Of a DNA stretch of 64,000 nucleotides, positions 1-15,500 are shown one piece after another. A program made the position numbers and the translations under genes. Under the pieces are notes generated by a model that had not been told where the DNA came from, did not search any database, and worked only from the letters and a program-made list of their open reading frames with translations. Position 1 is the stretch's first letter; every line of letters starts with the position of its first letter. Source of the DNA: Auanema rhodensis (Eukaryota; Animalia; Nematoda); assembly GCA_964057225.1 (NCBI GenBank), contig OZ059899.1:6386001-6450000 (forward strand), in the 5' to 3' direction.

Positions 1-3000
1 AATTGAAAATAGTAGTTGATCTGCAATAACGGTACCAAACAATTTGTTGTCTTGTCTATTGAAACTTTGTTTTTAATATTATCTATATGTTATATAAGAT
101 GTTTTAGTTTTTATATTTTGTTGTGATCATCTATCTATTCATTATACTTCACTTATACTATACTAATGAACGTTTTAGTTTAATTTTTATGAACTTTTTT
201 GCACTAAATAATGAAAAAATTGCTTTTTTGCGCTTTCATAGTTGTTTTTAATATTCTCTCCTATTCCATCTCTTTGTCGAAATTCTTTCAGAGTTTTATA
301 TCTTTCAATGCTCAAACAACGTTGCATCTTCAAAACATTTTGTACTCCAAATTATTTTTCATCGTTTTTTACTTTTTGTGCTCTTTCATTGTGCACCCTT
401 AACCTTCAGTTTTCTGTTTTCAACACAATTTTTCTTAAAATTCGAAGAAAACCATATATTTTGTATAATATTATCTATATTTGATTACATGCAATTGAAG
501 ATTTTTGTTTATTATTTGGATCTTGGATCATAGTTTTTTCTTTTCAACTACTGCTTTTTCTATTCATTGAAAAATCTAGATTTGTATCTCTATACTAGTC
601 ATAAGAATGATGTCATCCCTTATCATACTTCAATTCAAGTGGAATTGAAGACTTTATTTGGATATAAGATGAATCTTGTAATTTGTAACTACCATATAAG
701 CATATATTCAATTTTTTTAATTTATTAACATTATATGAAACGGCTTATTTTTTTCTGATTTTTGGTTCTCTCCCATAAAACAATCACATGAAATTAAATT
801 TTTTTTTAAATCTAACTTAAAATCCTATCTATGGCTTCTCTTAATAATACATGTGGATTATATATTATATACATCTGTATATCTGACACGATGAATGCTT
901 GTTTAAATGTCATCAGAATCATATCATTCAACTTCAAACAAAAGTCTTTTATATAAATTTTTTTAAAATTTTGTTAAGTTGAAGTGACAAAAGATGTTGA
1001 ACCCTCCTTTTATTTTGTTTTGTAGAATATTTTAATTGGGATATGACCTTCTTATGCTTAAAGCTATATTTAAAATTTGCATGTAAATTTTTAATTAAAA
1101 ATATTTTTCAAACATAATTGATGACATTTATATTCAACTTATTTTTTGAAACGTTCATATAATATTATTTCATATCGATATAGTTATGATTTTATAAATT
1201 ATGACGATATAATTTTTGTTTAAATTAAAATAATATATGATATCATTATTATATTATATTCGATATATTTTGATTAAAATAATAACTGTTCGTCATCATA
1301 ACTTAATGATATTCAATGACGTAATTTCTGAAATGATACATTTCCGCTCTTTTTCTTTTACTTCAAAACTCTTGATCACTTTCTCTTTTACTTCATTAAC
1401 CATATAACTAATATAAAAAAAGACTGTTTTTGATGTCTAGATAGTTTTAAATTTGAAAAAAACATGTATGATTAAGATTTTCATGAATGTATTTAAAAAT
1501 GGAGAGGGAAAATGCTTTTGTATTTTCAGGCTTTTTACATTCTAATAAAAAAGGTTTCTTCTAGAGTTTTTTTGGTATAAAAATGAATTAACTAATAGGC
1601 TGAATAACTGCTATTTTAATGGTTTCTTTACTTTATATTACGTATACCTATTAACCCTTTAAGTTTTGCTTTCTTGGTTAAAATATTCAACAACCAATCC
1701 CTTATTTCCATTTTGTATTTCTACTATATCATTTCAGTTTGTATCTATTGTAGTTCCATAGTAATAAAGCAGGGATGTCATCTTGAGCACAACAACAAAT
1801 GATTTTCTCGACCAAAGTCTTTTTTTTCACAAATGATTGGCAATGTTTATTTTCATCTCTTGAATTGTCTTATCTCAAGTTTGCAACAAATTCTTCGATA
1901 TTAACTATTAGATTGCTCTCAACTTTAATTAAAATTACTTTGCTTTCAATTTTATGAGATAAAATTTGCCTTATTTGGCTATTCTTCTCGCATCAGTTTG
2001 ATTTCCCAACAGCCGAGATTGATTCTCTCGCATTCTTTATTGCTTTTCGCTGTGTTGTCCATTGTTTTCTTTCATACAAGCATAAGAAGAAGAAGAAGAA
2101 GCTCTTGGTTTTCCTCAATGTATTTCACTCTTTCTCTCCACTTTTCCTCTCGTCTTTTCTTTCTTTTCTTCTCTAGCACTCGTAGATTTCTTTGCAGTAA
2201 CAATAGCCGTTCGGTAAAAAATGGCTCTGACCTCTGTACTCTCAGTATCTCCTTCCCCTTTTCACCTATTCTTTCTCATTTCGACTCAAGCTTCAATTTT
2301 TCTACTTTATTTGCCTTGTGTTGTACAATATGTAGCTAATTGTTCCTACGATAGCATTTTTACCAAGTGTCCGTTTGCTTTTCCATGTGTTCTGAATCTT
2401 TCAACAAGTTTTGACTTTCATATTTTTGCAATACGTTTTATTTTAAAATTCTCGAATTTCCAGCTTTTATTTTATTCAAAATCTAAAACTTTTTTTACCA
2501 TCCTTTATCTATGTCGTCATCAGCCCAGCTTTAATTCACATCGTTCCTTCTCATTCTATGTTTGTTCCGCTTTGTCCTACTCTACGACACGGTGGTATTT
2601 TGGAATCCATGTTCTAACTATACCGATGACGTGCACATTCAGCTGTTCCTCGAGCCTTCATTGATTGTTCTAAACTTGAAATAACTTTTTAACCACATGA
2701 GATATATTTGAAATTCACGTTAACTTTAGTTGAACTTCACGTGAATATAATGCAGTTTTACGACACTGCTGTCTGTGTTTCATTTTCCTTCTCTCTCTTT
2801 TGCTTCCTTGTGCTCTGTTCTCGTTCACAAGCTTTCATCCATCAAAACTCCATGAAAAAAAAAGATTATTTGATTTCAACAGTTTGAGACTGACTGTATA
2901 GTCATTTTTTGAAGTTTTTATTTACCTATTTCGTGATTATTCAGTTTTCGATTGAGTTATATGTATGGGGGTATGATAACCAAAAGAAAAAAATGGAAGA

Positions 3001-5340
3001 ATAGAGATTGACGTAAATTCATACGAAGTAGTGTAGGATGATGGGACACACAGTGTGACTACAAATATGGTTGAATGACAATTAGAAAGATAGCCAAAGA
3101 AAGGGTCAACCAGACTTTTTACAACATATTAGGTAAACGAGGAACGAAGGACGGATACTTGTATGCTTTGCATTGACCCTTCATGCTCACTTAGATATAC
3201 CATGATTGGTCTTTATAGTATAAAGAGTTATTTTCAACTATATATCATATAACTAAATCAATGATATCTTTATAACTATTGTTTATTTCATTTTTAAACT
3301 TTCTCTGTTAATTTTTTAAATTAAGTTTTGTTTTAACTTTATATAATATTCTTTAGCTCTAGTTTTTTTTAGGGGGGGCGGTTAATTTCTTTTCAAAATC
3401 CACTACAAATCTATAATATTTGAACTATTCATTGTTGAATCACGGCTCATGCAATTCATATATATTGACATATTGTTTCCCACTGATTTTTTTTTGCTGG
3501 TTCTTTGGCGGCTTGATGTAGATCTGAGGTGAGTCATCAGGTATTCGAACTCAGTCGTCAGAAGTGCATCACCGTTCGATTGACGAACAACAAATACATG
3601 TGAAGACTTTTCACATCTTACTTACAAATTATTTTGTCTCTTCTGTCAATGTCATGCTTTGACTTTTATATATTTGATATAATAGCCTTGCCATTTAATT
3701 CGCTAAATCTTTTTTGTCTTTGACAACATGCGCCATGACCTAGCTAGCCTAAGCGCTGTTCCTTTCATTTCTATAAGAAGTATTAGCTAATGTTTCTGCT
3801 TTTTTACTTTTCTCTTCCTTCCGAAACTTTGTTTGAGATTTGCCTTTAAAAACTTTCAAACACAAATCCATTTCGATTCGAACAATTTCCACTCAGGCTC
3901 TTTTTCTCTTGACCATCTGGCAAGTGTAGCTAGCTGATCAAGTTGATGCTATTCTTAACGTCCAAGCTGTCTTTTCATTGAAACATATGTATGTCCGATT
4001 TGTATTTTATCTTTCGCAAGTTGAACCAAAACATTTCTTTTTCAACTTTTGTTAACAATTTTTGCCAATTCGCTGAAATATTCTATCCTATATTTCCAGT
4101 ACTGATTGAAGAACATATCAGCTAACAATTACATGTTTGCCTAACAGGTATGACTCAATGTTTTAATGAAAATATTTTTTAAACTTATTTATTGAATGTC
4201 TGAGATGTAATGATAAAATCGAAAATACTTTACCCGGTATGTAAAGGCTTCCTGGTTAACAGCTGGATTGGTTCGTTTATTCAAAATCTACTCAAGTATA
4301 TTCTGATTTTTGTTATATACGGTCGGTAGTGACTCATCAATAACCAACAATCTTGTTGTTTACCGTGAAGCAAATGTCTAAAAATGAAAGCGTTAGTGCA
4401 AAAACACTATTCTTCACATTTCCATCTCTCATCGTCATCTTCATATTGATGACCGATTGTGAACTATTAAAACTATTTTTGAGTCAATTCCGCGAATTAG
4501 CATTTCGAGGCTTTTTTTTTAAAGTAAAGCATATAAAGTGTTATTTGCCCAACTTTATATCCAAAATATATTCACAGTTTTACAATCGCTTTTATGGAAA
4601 AAACCATTTGACGAGTTTCTTCCATTTTTCCATATCAACTGTACTGTTACCGCTTACTAGTTATCTACATCTATATAAGTATTTAATAAGATAATTTATA
4701 ATAAATATATAGTTATTTCATTCAGCTCTTCTATTTTTTTTGTTTTTCATCTTTTTTTCTTCAATTTATTGTTTTGCTCTTAATTATTACGACAAGTGCA
4801 TACTTATACGAACAATTACGTCATTCATAGCCATTTATATATTTATTTTTAAACTATATCATTGTTAAAAATGAATTATAATCTAATTTTAATATAAAAT
4901 TTTAATATTTTAGCAATTTAAACTGTTTTTTTGTGCTCGATCATCTTCTTCACCTATTATCAAACGTTCATGTTAATTAGCATACACGTAATTTTCACGT
5001 AGAACTCACGTCATTCATGTATTTGAAAGTGTATTGTTTGAATTAAATGCATGAATAATCGGTTGAATATAATCACTATTATTGTTTCAGTTTACAATAT
5101 TTTGCTCAATATGCTTCAAAACGGTCATTGTTATAGAATTCTAAAATAAATTCTATAATAATTTCTGGGATTTCAATCAAAATGCATAATTCACAATTTC
5201 GGTTCTTTCAATTTGTTTTCCTGACAATTCGCATGTAAATACCTCCATCCGTAGAACCCGAGTAAAATAGTTTGCAGCATTGTTTCCGATATTAATGATT
5301 CTAATAATTTAAAATGATTGCTCATATATTTATTTGTAAG

Positions 5341-5359
5341 TGTGTGTGTGTGTGTGTGT
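5341..5359. repeat. (TG)n microsatellite
   Basis: Short perfect TG run. Confidence 0.9.
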
Positions 5360-6471
5360 ACATGAGCACATCTTTTCATTTCAAGTTTGAACATTTTTAT
5401 CATATACACTATATACTATGTGGTATACGAGATATATCAACCATTTGGTAAAAAAAAATATACATATCGTCTACTAAATTCTTCAATATTAATTAATGAT
5501 GACTAATCATTCCAGTTGGGACTATAGATGATCTTCAGTCGTAATGTCTGTTGTTTTTTGTTGATCGTGCGGAAAAAAGCAGATGAATTTACTGCTGTTT
5601 ATCCGTGTCCACTGGTCTTCCTTTATTTTAATTTCCTTCTAGTCATTTGGAATATTTCGGCTATCCCGGGTTTCATCATGATGTTACAAGAGTATGAGAG
5701 AAAGCGTGCTTGTGTATATGTCAATACGTTTGTGTATATATCTTTTAGTTGACTTATGTCATATCAGCATCATGCTCATGACATAATGTTTTGGAATTTG
5801 TTTTTACTTATTATTAATTCTATTATATGTCATTGGTTATAAGCCATAATGAAGCTAGTAATGCATCAACGCATTACTACTTGCTGTACGACCATTTTGC
5901 AACTTGAGGCAATGATCCTCGTATCTTGTCGGAAGCATAGAAGCTTGTTTGGCAGACGTACCTCATTTTCAAAAAATCTGTTAATGATGCTGTAGATATT
6001 TATACTTGAAAGAAAATATTTTCATCTAAATTTCAAAGTTCAATGAAAACTATTCAGCTTTTAATCATTAGCATCACACGTTTTTCATATTTTATGTTAT
6101 CTGTTAACATATGAATATATTTATTTCTATAAATTAAATTCAAATTTTAGTTGAGTTGACTAATATTATAATAAATCTTATATGAATCCTACTTTTCTAT
6201 CTTTTTCTTAAAAATTTATAAAATCTTAAAAGTCTATCATTACACAGTATATGCACAGCTGATACTGTTATAATACTTAATAAAATAAAAAAATTTTTTA
6301 AATAGATTTTGATGGGTTGTTATAAAGAAAGAAGCTTAAAGAATTCATATATTCCATATATGAATTAGTTAAGCTCCTTGCTTGGCTTGTTTACGCTGCT
6401 CTCTCACTCCCATGTCTTTGCGAGGCTTCAACCACTGGCCACATTAACCTCTGTATGAACAAACGGCTTTA

Positions 6472-6501
6472 TATATAAAACCTGCTTCCTTCTTTCATTT
6501 T
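6472..6501 (+). promoter_or_regulatory. Candidate TATA box plus initiator
   Basis: TATATAAAA at 6472-6480 after a GC-richer stretch; TCATTTT (Inr-like) at 6495-6501; strong GTAAGT donor about 150 nt downstream. Confidence 0.3.
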
Positions 6502-9500
6502 GAATCTTCTCACTCTCTGTCATCACTCCTTAACCCTCTCTTTATTTGCTTTTAACTTTCAATTTTATATTTCATGTTGTCTTACTTCATTCATTTTTTG
6601 GTGAGAAAATCCTAAGCTATACTCTGAAGATTCTCTATGTAACTTGAAGTAAGTCTTCCTTATTTGTTTCTTCCATTCTCATTGATCATTCACAAAAATT
6701 TTGCTTATGATTACATAATATTTCTAATAATTTATTTATATGAATCTCATAGAAAATCAAGACTTTTAACCTTTTTTATATGTATCATTGGTACAATACA
6801 AACATAATAATTCTTTCATCATTGATGAAAAGATGAAATATAGTGTAGGATGTCTATTAAATCACAATAGTTACCTTTAAAATTTGAACGATAATGTTTC
6901 TAAATGTTAGAATATTTAAAACTCGTAAAACATAAAATGCTGCAAAAGCTCCTATCAAGCTAATCGGGCTGTGCTGTTATTGAAATCATATTGTAAGATT
7001 TCGTATCCCTTTCGTTCAGCTCAATTTATCTTGATCTCATGAGTACAAATTGTCCTAACTATTATCGTTCTGTTTAACTAATGTACATATAGGGCATTGT
7101 AGGGCTATTTGAGTTCATCTTTACTTCTTACTCTTTTTCTTTTACTAAAACGTTTCTCTTATATCTACAGTATTTAGATTTTTTTATTAGTAAATTATAA
7201 TAATTAATTTGTATTTAAAATAATATAAATATTATTATAAGATGTATTTTCTACCATATAACACATTTTATATTGCTCTCAAGTTCTATAAACTCTAACT
7301 AAATCATTTTTTTGAGAATATTGGTGACATATTTTGATTGACAAATATTTTTTAAAGCTTATTCTCTGTCTGTCCTTTCTTTCATTTTTTCAATGAAAAA
7401 TGTTGTTAGGAATTTAAAAAAAAAGAAAAAAATTAGTAACATTTTAAATTTATCATATTAGAAGGTGTAAATAATATTAATGAGTTGTAGATACGAATAG
7501 TAAACGTAGAAAATAGCTGGTATGTACAAAACTGGATAATGAGTAACAAAGTACATGTTAGCCAATGATGAGCTATCTTCTGAAAAGAAAATTCTGTTTT
7601 TCTCTATCTCATAACAGATGGCCATGGGAAATCCTTGTTTGGCAATGAGCTCAGTGGTCATATAACCACATGGAAAGCCATCACAATTCTACGTACGTCT
7701 ACCCAGCTGTTTATGGGCCCAGGCACCAGCAGCTATATATTCAATAGGATTAGCTTTTTTTGTAACGTAATTTGGTAAACGTCCAAATATCTGATATTTC
7801 CTTCTCTTCTATCATATAGTAAGCAGTACTAACATTATTCTGCAATGAATTTATCGTGAAAGAACGAAACTAGAAAAAATGTTTCCGAGAATCATCTTTT
7901 ACACGTGACGTTAAACACCTGAAATGTTTCAGAAGCTACATACAACGTTATGTGACTTCTATGGATAAAAGTCGCTTAGAACTGTGACAAATCTTTCTTT
8001 CGTCCTCTTCGTCTTTCTCTTACTTCAATTCTCTGCCACAATCTATTTCCCTCTCTCTCTCTAAAGCGGGCGCAGCACGGAATTGATCGAAGCTGTCCTC
8101 AGTCTGCCTCAGGGCATATTCTCCTTGACTAGGACTTGGCCTGTGCATTCTTTAAGCAGCCTCCTCTTGCTCCCTCTTGCTCTCTTTTTCTCATCTCCCT
8201 CCTTCTATTTCCCGCTTTCTATGTTGCTCAGTTCCTTGAATACTGGTCTCCAGCCGATTTGGAAACTCTTCGTTTTCACGTGAAGAATTCTCCCATGACA
8301 TCACTAGGGCCTTTCATTCAAATGTCCATACGAATACCGAGCTATTTCTATTGATGTCCATACGAAGCGGCCTCTATTGATATTAAAATTTTAGGAGAAC
8401 TTTATCATTTTGCTACTGATGCTAATAATTCTGCTATGGCTTAGACATATACTTCTTTTCAGGCATAGCCTTTTAATTCTTTTCTCGCTCTTTTACATCC
8501 ATCACTTGACAAAAAAATATAATGTTTCATTCTAAAGATATTTCATATTAAAGTGATAATTATATAATATATAACTTTAATATATAATTTTTTTTCTTTT
8601 TCCTTTATAAATATATTAAAGTAATATCCGTATGTAGTTTGATTATACGACTAATATTGTTGAATATATATATATAATGTATTATATCTGGAGAAGCAAA
8701 TGACCCAACCACGATTCAGTTTCATTTTCAACAAATGTAATTGACTGGTGTCAAATTTTCTTCATATAAGATATGGCAACAGGATCACAAAAATATAAAA
8801 GATGGTAAAAAAGAAATAGGAGAGATTTTGAAGAAATTAAGCTTGATATATGTATAGCCAACGAAATAGAACACACAAACATAATTGATAGAACGATTTC
8901 GTATGCAACCGTGTGATTTATTTTCAAAAACAAAAAAGCCAATTTCTATAAATTCACGTCAAATTGCACGTGAAAACGTTTAATTGTTCTTATTTTACAT
9001 GATATAACTGTAAACTTCGAAGATTTATTTGAACGCGATGACAATATTGATTAATTAGACATAGAAAGTCACGCGAGGCTAACATCAACGTCATATCCGG
9101 TCGTCGATTGAGGCGTAGAATCCGTGAGTATAATCGCGATTTTGCCACAAAAACCATCATCAGAAGCATCCACTTGTTCTATATATGGAATAAAAGCAAA
9201 TTATTTTGGGATCTACCAACACGAGATGTCCATCCATATGAAGCTATTCCATTTTGGGATTTCGATCCCCCCCCTACCCCTATAGAAGCTTTACCACATA
9301 TTTCTTGATCGTTTAATTCGGTTTTTTCAATTCTCGAAAAGCTGCTCATGGTCATTTATCATTTTGTTAGCTAATTTTTTTTGGTTTCCGCTATTATATG
9401 AATGTGAATGCTTCTCTTCGAAATGTTCAAACCACACCAATGGGGAATATGGTTTTTTCTATGGACGACCTTTTCAATTCTCTCTCCCTCTCTCTTGTTT

Positions 9501-12500
9501 TTCTTTCTAAGCTTCTGTTTCTCTCTGTTTTATTTAATTTCTACCTCGCAAAATCTCTCATTCATCCGTTTTTCATCCCATCTTCTGCTTCCATCTCAGT
9601 TGCTCCCTCAAGGCTGCATCCATTTTAGAAGCTTATTGTATTTCCTTGCTTTGGTGGTAGAAGCTTCATTGTACTTCAATTAATTGGTCTATTCGATAAT
9701 TTGATTAAAAAACGAACGTCATGCAGAATTCAGAAATATTCAGCATGTTTAGCTTAATTTTTAAAATTCTTTCTTTATATACTTTCTATAATATAATATA
9801 TATATATATATATATATATTATTATGTAATATTTATAATTATGATGAACTAATATAATTTATATAAAATAAAATTAACTTAATTAAAAACTTTGATATCT
9901 TTTGATTTAATGTAATTATTTTATACTATTTCTAACATTATATAGTAACTTAACATTTATTATTATACACTCGACTTGTGAGCCATAAATAGAAATAATG
10001 CTTCGTAAATGTCGAGGACCAAGAGTTCTTGGAATTTGGATTCTTATTGCTCAGCTAAGAAGTCCAATAGCCAAAAGTTTTAAATAATTCATAAATTTTA
10101 TACCAGCTTATAGTTACTCCACTCATTTTTTTAAAATAAATTTATATATACAAGAAATCATTATAATAACATGAATAGAACTTTTGTGAGTATATTATAA
10201 CCTTTATATAAGCAATGTAGGATTGATTGGGAGATATGGGCAAGCAAAACGAAAACAGTTGACAATCTTAAAAGTTTTGTATAAACAAAAATTGTATTTT
10301 TATACTTGTCTATATCGGCTCTTCTTTACATTACTCCACCAACCCCCTCCCACCGTAGACGTAATTGAGTATTTTTAAAAAAAAAGTTTAAAGTATCGAA
10401 AACAATTAGAAGAGATGCTCAAATCCTCGGTATAAATATATATCCACGAATATATAAAATCGACCTTTTGATTTTATTAAGGATTATTAAGATATAGCAT
10501 ATGATTCATCAATCATATGGTCAACAATTTTTAATTACTGTAAGCTATTTTAAGTAGGGGGGGGAGGGTAAAGTAAAGAAGCGCATCTATATCATTATAA
10601 TATAAATTATTGTAAATTGATCGTTTTTTTGAGAATAAGAATATTCTCGAATCGAATAGCTTATTAATAGACATATGTTTTACCATCATCATCAAGTATT
10701 TTATTTGTGTTTAATTTAATTTCTATTAAAGAAATAAAAAGCACAATACTTGACATGAGGTTATACTCAATATCTTGTTAAGCCACCTATATTGTCTCTA
10801 CTTATTATTATTTTTTGCCTTTAATTATATATATTATCTTATATAATATTATTATTGGTTAAATTATATAATTAATATTTTTTTATTACAATATTTATTA
10901 TTTTTATCAATATGTACTACATCTTATTCATATAAAGTTATCATCTTGATTATTGACGTGTGTTGGAATATTGGTTTATGTGTTATCTGATACTATTCAA
11001 AAGCATTGTCCATTTCTCTCTCTTGTTCCACTTGCTCATTCATATCTTTTTCCTCTCTCACTCAATAGTTCAACTCCAATTTTCCTTTATATACCATCAA
11101 TAGTCAAGCCGTTTCATCATTATTCACCTTTATACTCCCTCTTTTCCCTCTCATTCCTCCAAAAAAAAACTGATTCATATCGTTTCCCAGAAATTCAAAG
11201 ACCATGTGAAACGCGACCTCTACCTGTCGGCCAATCCGTCCTGGCACACGTTCTGTTCCCTCTTCTGATTCTTTTAATTGTTTAACCTATTCGATTCCTT
11301 CTCATCCCCGTTCTCCTTATTCTTTCTCCTTTCTTCCTACCTCCTTCTTTCTACCTCTTTTCCCTCCTCATACCTTCATATATCACGGAATGCGTGGATG
11401 ATCGATTTATGACCCGTTCGACCCTTGGCGAGACTTTGACCCACATCTATATACCAACGAATCGGCCGTTTACCCTCCACCCTCCGATACATACATGCAA
11501 ACCAACATACTACAAACAGTCGCCGACATAGGTGTACATGCCCATATATAGACTCAGAACACGTGTACAGTGACATATTCATTTGAATTATTGAGATTTT
11601 CTCTCTTTATGTAACGAAATTTGATTGACTGAATTCGATAGAAAAAGAAATATGTTTGACTTCAATTATAATTTCGTCTTATATAATATAGTTAATATAG
11701 TTATCATCAATCTCTTAATATATACATTTCATTAATATCTTCATTGCCTCATAATGTTTAATAATCTCAAGAAACAACGTGAACTCATATCAAATATATT
11801 GACCAAAACAGAGAGAAAGCTCTTCGAGGTCGCGCTTGATTGCATCAGCTGATCGCTATTGAGCCGGCAAGCCCAACTTTTTCCCTTCTCATCGTTTCTA
11901 TTATATACCAGCATAGACACAGATACACATATGCTGGAGAAATAGAGGAAGCATTGTACATATACCGAGAGAGTGCGAGAGAGGTTGAGCAAGAAATAGA
12001 TATATAGAAATATGAGAGAAGAAGAGAAGAAATATTGGTTTGTGACTTTCCATTTCTTGCGGCTGAAAAAAATGTAATTGTGGTTTTGTTGTCTGACTAT
12101 TTGCTATTTATTTTTTTTTATCAATTAATGTTTCACATATATTTGATCAAGATTTCAATAAGTGATTCAAAAGCCCAATATAATTCTAATTCTGTTCAAT
12201 GTTCTTCTTTGTGTAAAATCTTCTAAATGTTTCCATTAAATTCCTTATTCCTTTCTATAATTGAATCTTTTATTCATTTTTTAAAATATTATACAGATTA
12301 TTTTTTCTATTCGTCTTGTATTTTTCATTATTTTGTATTAATTTATTACTTATTTTAATTAAATCGTTATTTTTGTCTTGAAAGCTACTACTCATTGAAT
12401 TCTTCATTTCAAATATACCCGAACCTTATTTTATTTGTTTTCTTATCATTCTTCTTTTTCTATTTATTTTTGTAAGCATTTCAAGTTTTTTCAAAAAAGA

Positions 12501-15500
12501 ATATCGAATTAAATCTTTTTATTTTCTTGTATTGTTGTTTGAAATTGTCTTTTTATTGTCATTTAATTCCTTTTTTTATCTCATTCTCATTTACAAGCTT
12601 TTAATTTTCTAAAAACTTTTTATAACTTATTCTAAAGTTTTATAATTTCAGATGATGTTATTATAAGTATCTGCTTATTACAACTAATTAACATTTATGT
12701 AAGATATTTATTTTTTCAATTTATTCATTTTTGATCCATAATTTCACGTTAAAAGATAAAAAACTCTTGTTTCCGATATGGGTTGAATGTTTATTTGCTT
12801 CATAGCTGTCAGTATCAGCAAGTTGTTTCAATTTTGATAAGCCTTGTTTTTTATTTTTTCATTTGTTTTTAAAATTTTGTTACTGAAATAAGCAAATTCT
12901 TTTTATTGGTTGTATATAACATGGCCAGCAGAACAGAACAACGATTTTTTGAAATTTTATAATTGAGGTCAAAACGAACAAATAGCATTTTCTCCGTGAT
13001 CATAAAGGAAGTCTTGTTCATGTTGTCTGACCATCAGCGTACAACTTGTTATAGTTTCATTCCAATTTGTATAATCTTCATTTCTGATTTTCTCCATTTC
13101 TCCTATTAATACATCTATCCCTTTTACAATTCAATATTTCAATCAATTTTGTTCAATTGTACTTCTACATTTGGGTAAGTATTATGAGTTGAAAACAATC
13201 ATTTTCCTATCCAATTGGAAACATTTCGATATAAGTATGTAGATGCTTTCTCTCAATCCCCCTCATTTTCTACTAAGTAAATATGAAAATAATTATTTTA
13301 TTATATATATGTATATTCTGGTATGGTACTTTTATATATATATATATTCATAAGTAAAAATCTTATGATCTGAGATTGAATCTCATGTTGATTTTGTTTT
13401 TTTCGCGCTTCTAGCGGATGTAAGCTTATTTTTTCCTGTCTTCCTTCTTGATATTCTAGCATTTTCTCATCTTCAACAGCTATATATACATATATTCACG
13501 TACTCTTCATTCTACTATCTGGTAGTCATTGACGTTAGTGTCATTTTGCCATTCCTTCTGGTCGTTATGACATATTAGCTTTTGAATTTCTTGTGAGTGA
13601 AGTCGGACAGAATTCTAATGGCCTGTTTCTCCGCTTTTCGTTCGGTTCTTTCCTCAATTTTTTCAAAATTTGCCGATCTTTGCTTTTCTATGAAATATTG
13701 CTAATCTTAAAGCTCATTAAAATTTTTAAAAAATTTATTTATTTTTCAATCTATATTTTATTATTTTCCTGAACTTTATATAAACTTTTTCAAATCTAGA
13801 AAAACTTTTTCTTTTATATGTTACTGTTCTAATGAATTGACTGAAGAGCAAACATTCTATGATTAAAGCAAACCGAAAGGAAGCATTGCCGGATATTCTA
13901 TTTCGATTTGTCGTATGATGTCAGGAACAGCAGAAGGCCCACACACACAGATGAAAAGCTGGATAGCCAACATGTCCTAAGGCTATTTACTTGCTGTGCG
14001 TCTGCTACTCTCATTTTCATATTCCTCGTTCTTCCTTCTCCTTGTGCCCGTCTGTTCATGTCAGTATTGGTCTAAATATATAACATAAAATAAAAATGTG
14101 TGCTCCAATTCAAATACTCTACCATGAAAATAGAGCACTAGATTGATGCAGAAAATTGAAATGAAACCAAAACATGGAGTAGGCGAAAAAGGAATTACGT
14201 TTTCTATTTGTTACTGTTACCATTAATTTGTTTCAATTATTTAAGTCATTGACGTCATTGTGTATGTGTTTCATATGATAAGTAAGCATATATGCAATAG
14301 CAATGGCTCACTGTTTCGTCAATCTATTCCGTTCAATCTATTCCAGTCTTATCTCAGAATAGATGTTGGAATCCTCCAATTCTCTTAATATAACTCAATG
14401 AGATGTCTAGCTGCTTTATAGTTTTATTACGCAGATAAAATAATTTTTTCACGAACCATTGGCAAATTGGTTCCGGCTGCCAGGTCAGTGATTCAGCTGA
14501 ACATGTTCGCTGATTTTATTGTGCTCTTTCCTTCATAATCACTGACAACAGAACACAACGTTGTTATTAGGTTACGAACGAGCTTTTAAATGCTCGCAAG
14601 GCCTTGTTCCCATTTATCTACCCTGTCGCTCTCTTGCCTATTCATTATTCTGAGCTGTTTGACGACGATAGCCGGAAAAGCTTAAGCTGGGCAGCATCTG
14701 ATGCTCTGATGTGGCTCTGACTACACTCCCGACCCTTAAAGACTGAGCTGCTTTTGTTCAGATTTAGAAATGTCCACTCGTTCTTTGGATATTAGTTGCT
14801 TCAAAAAGCACTTTGTATTTTTATCTCATTTTACTTGTTCTGTTTAGTATTTCTTCACCACCAGCTCTTATCGGTTTTGTGGCTTTTTAGTTAATCCTAA
14901 ATTCTATTCAGTATATTCTGGTCTCTGGGGCTCTGGCCCTCAGACATGACATCATCACCATAAAAAAATATTCTTGGTTATTGGCTAGTCTCTGCTCTTA
15001 TTCTATAATCTTAATATACAATTTCAAAAGGAATTGATTTTTTCTTTTTTTTTTTGCTTTATCGATCTAATTCTTTTCATGTTCACATTGTTAATTATCG
15101 TATTTTCGTTCAAACCATCATTCAAATTTTCCTTTCTATTTCTCATTTCTTGCGCTTCATTGTATTGAACTCGTACTTGCTTCTATGTTATTTATTTCTT
15201 TGTAGAAAATATCATTTTTATAAAAAGAATAATTAATCACAACGCTTGGTCAGATATAAAAGAATAATTTACAGATGATGATGACGAAGGATGACAAGGT
15301 AGAAATGAGGTACTGACACCCCCCAAGCAATGCCCTCAATGTCGTTGTCATCGTCAGCCTTGTCTCCTTCGACACCTCGTTTTCTATGTTCCGTTCGTAG
15401 TATTCTTACATTCTACCTAGCTGTCTCTCTTTCTATTTTATCTCTAACCTTCTCATCTTTTTTTCTTTTTTTTTCTCATTTATGTCTTCTCTTTTTGGTC

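Noticed and set aside
3918-3964. TGGCAAGTGTAGCTAGCTGA resembles the miR-72/miR-31 (and miR-34) 5p arm
   Set aside because: It needs several indels and the downstream arm pairs poorly, so there is no convincing pre-miRNA.
6342-6366. 10-bp perfect inverted repeat AATTCATATA/TATATGAATT
   Set aside because: Almost all A/T; expected by chance in this composition.
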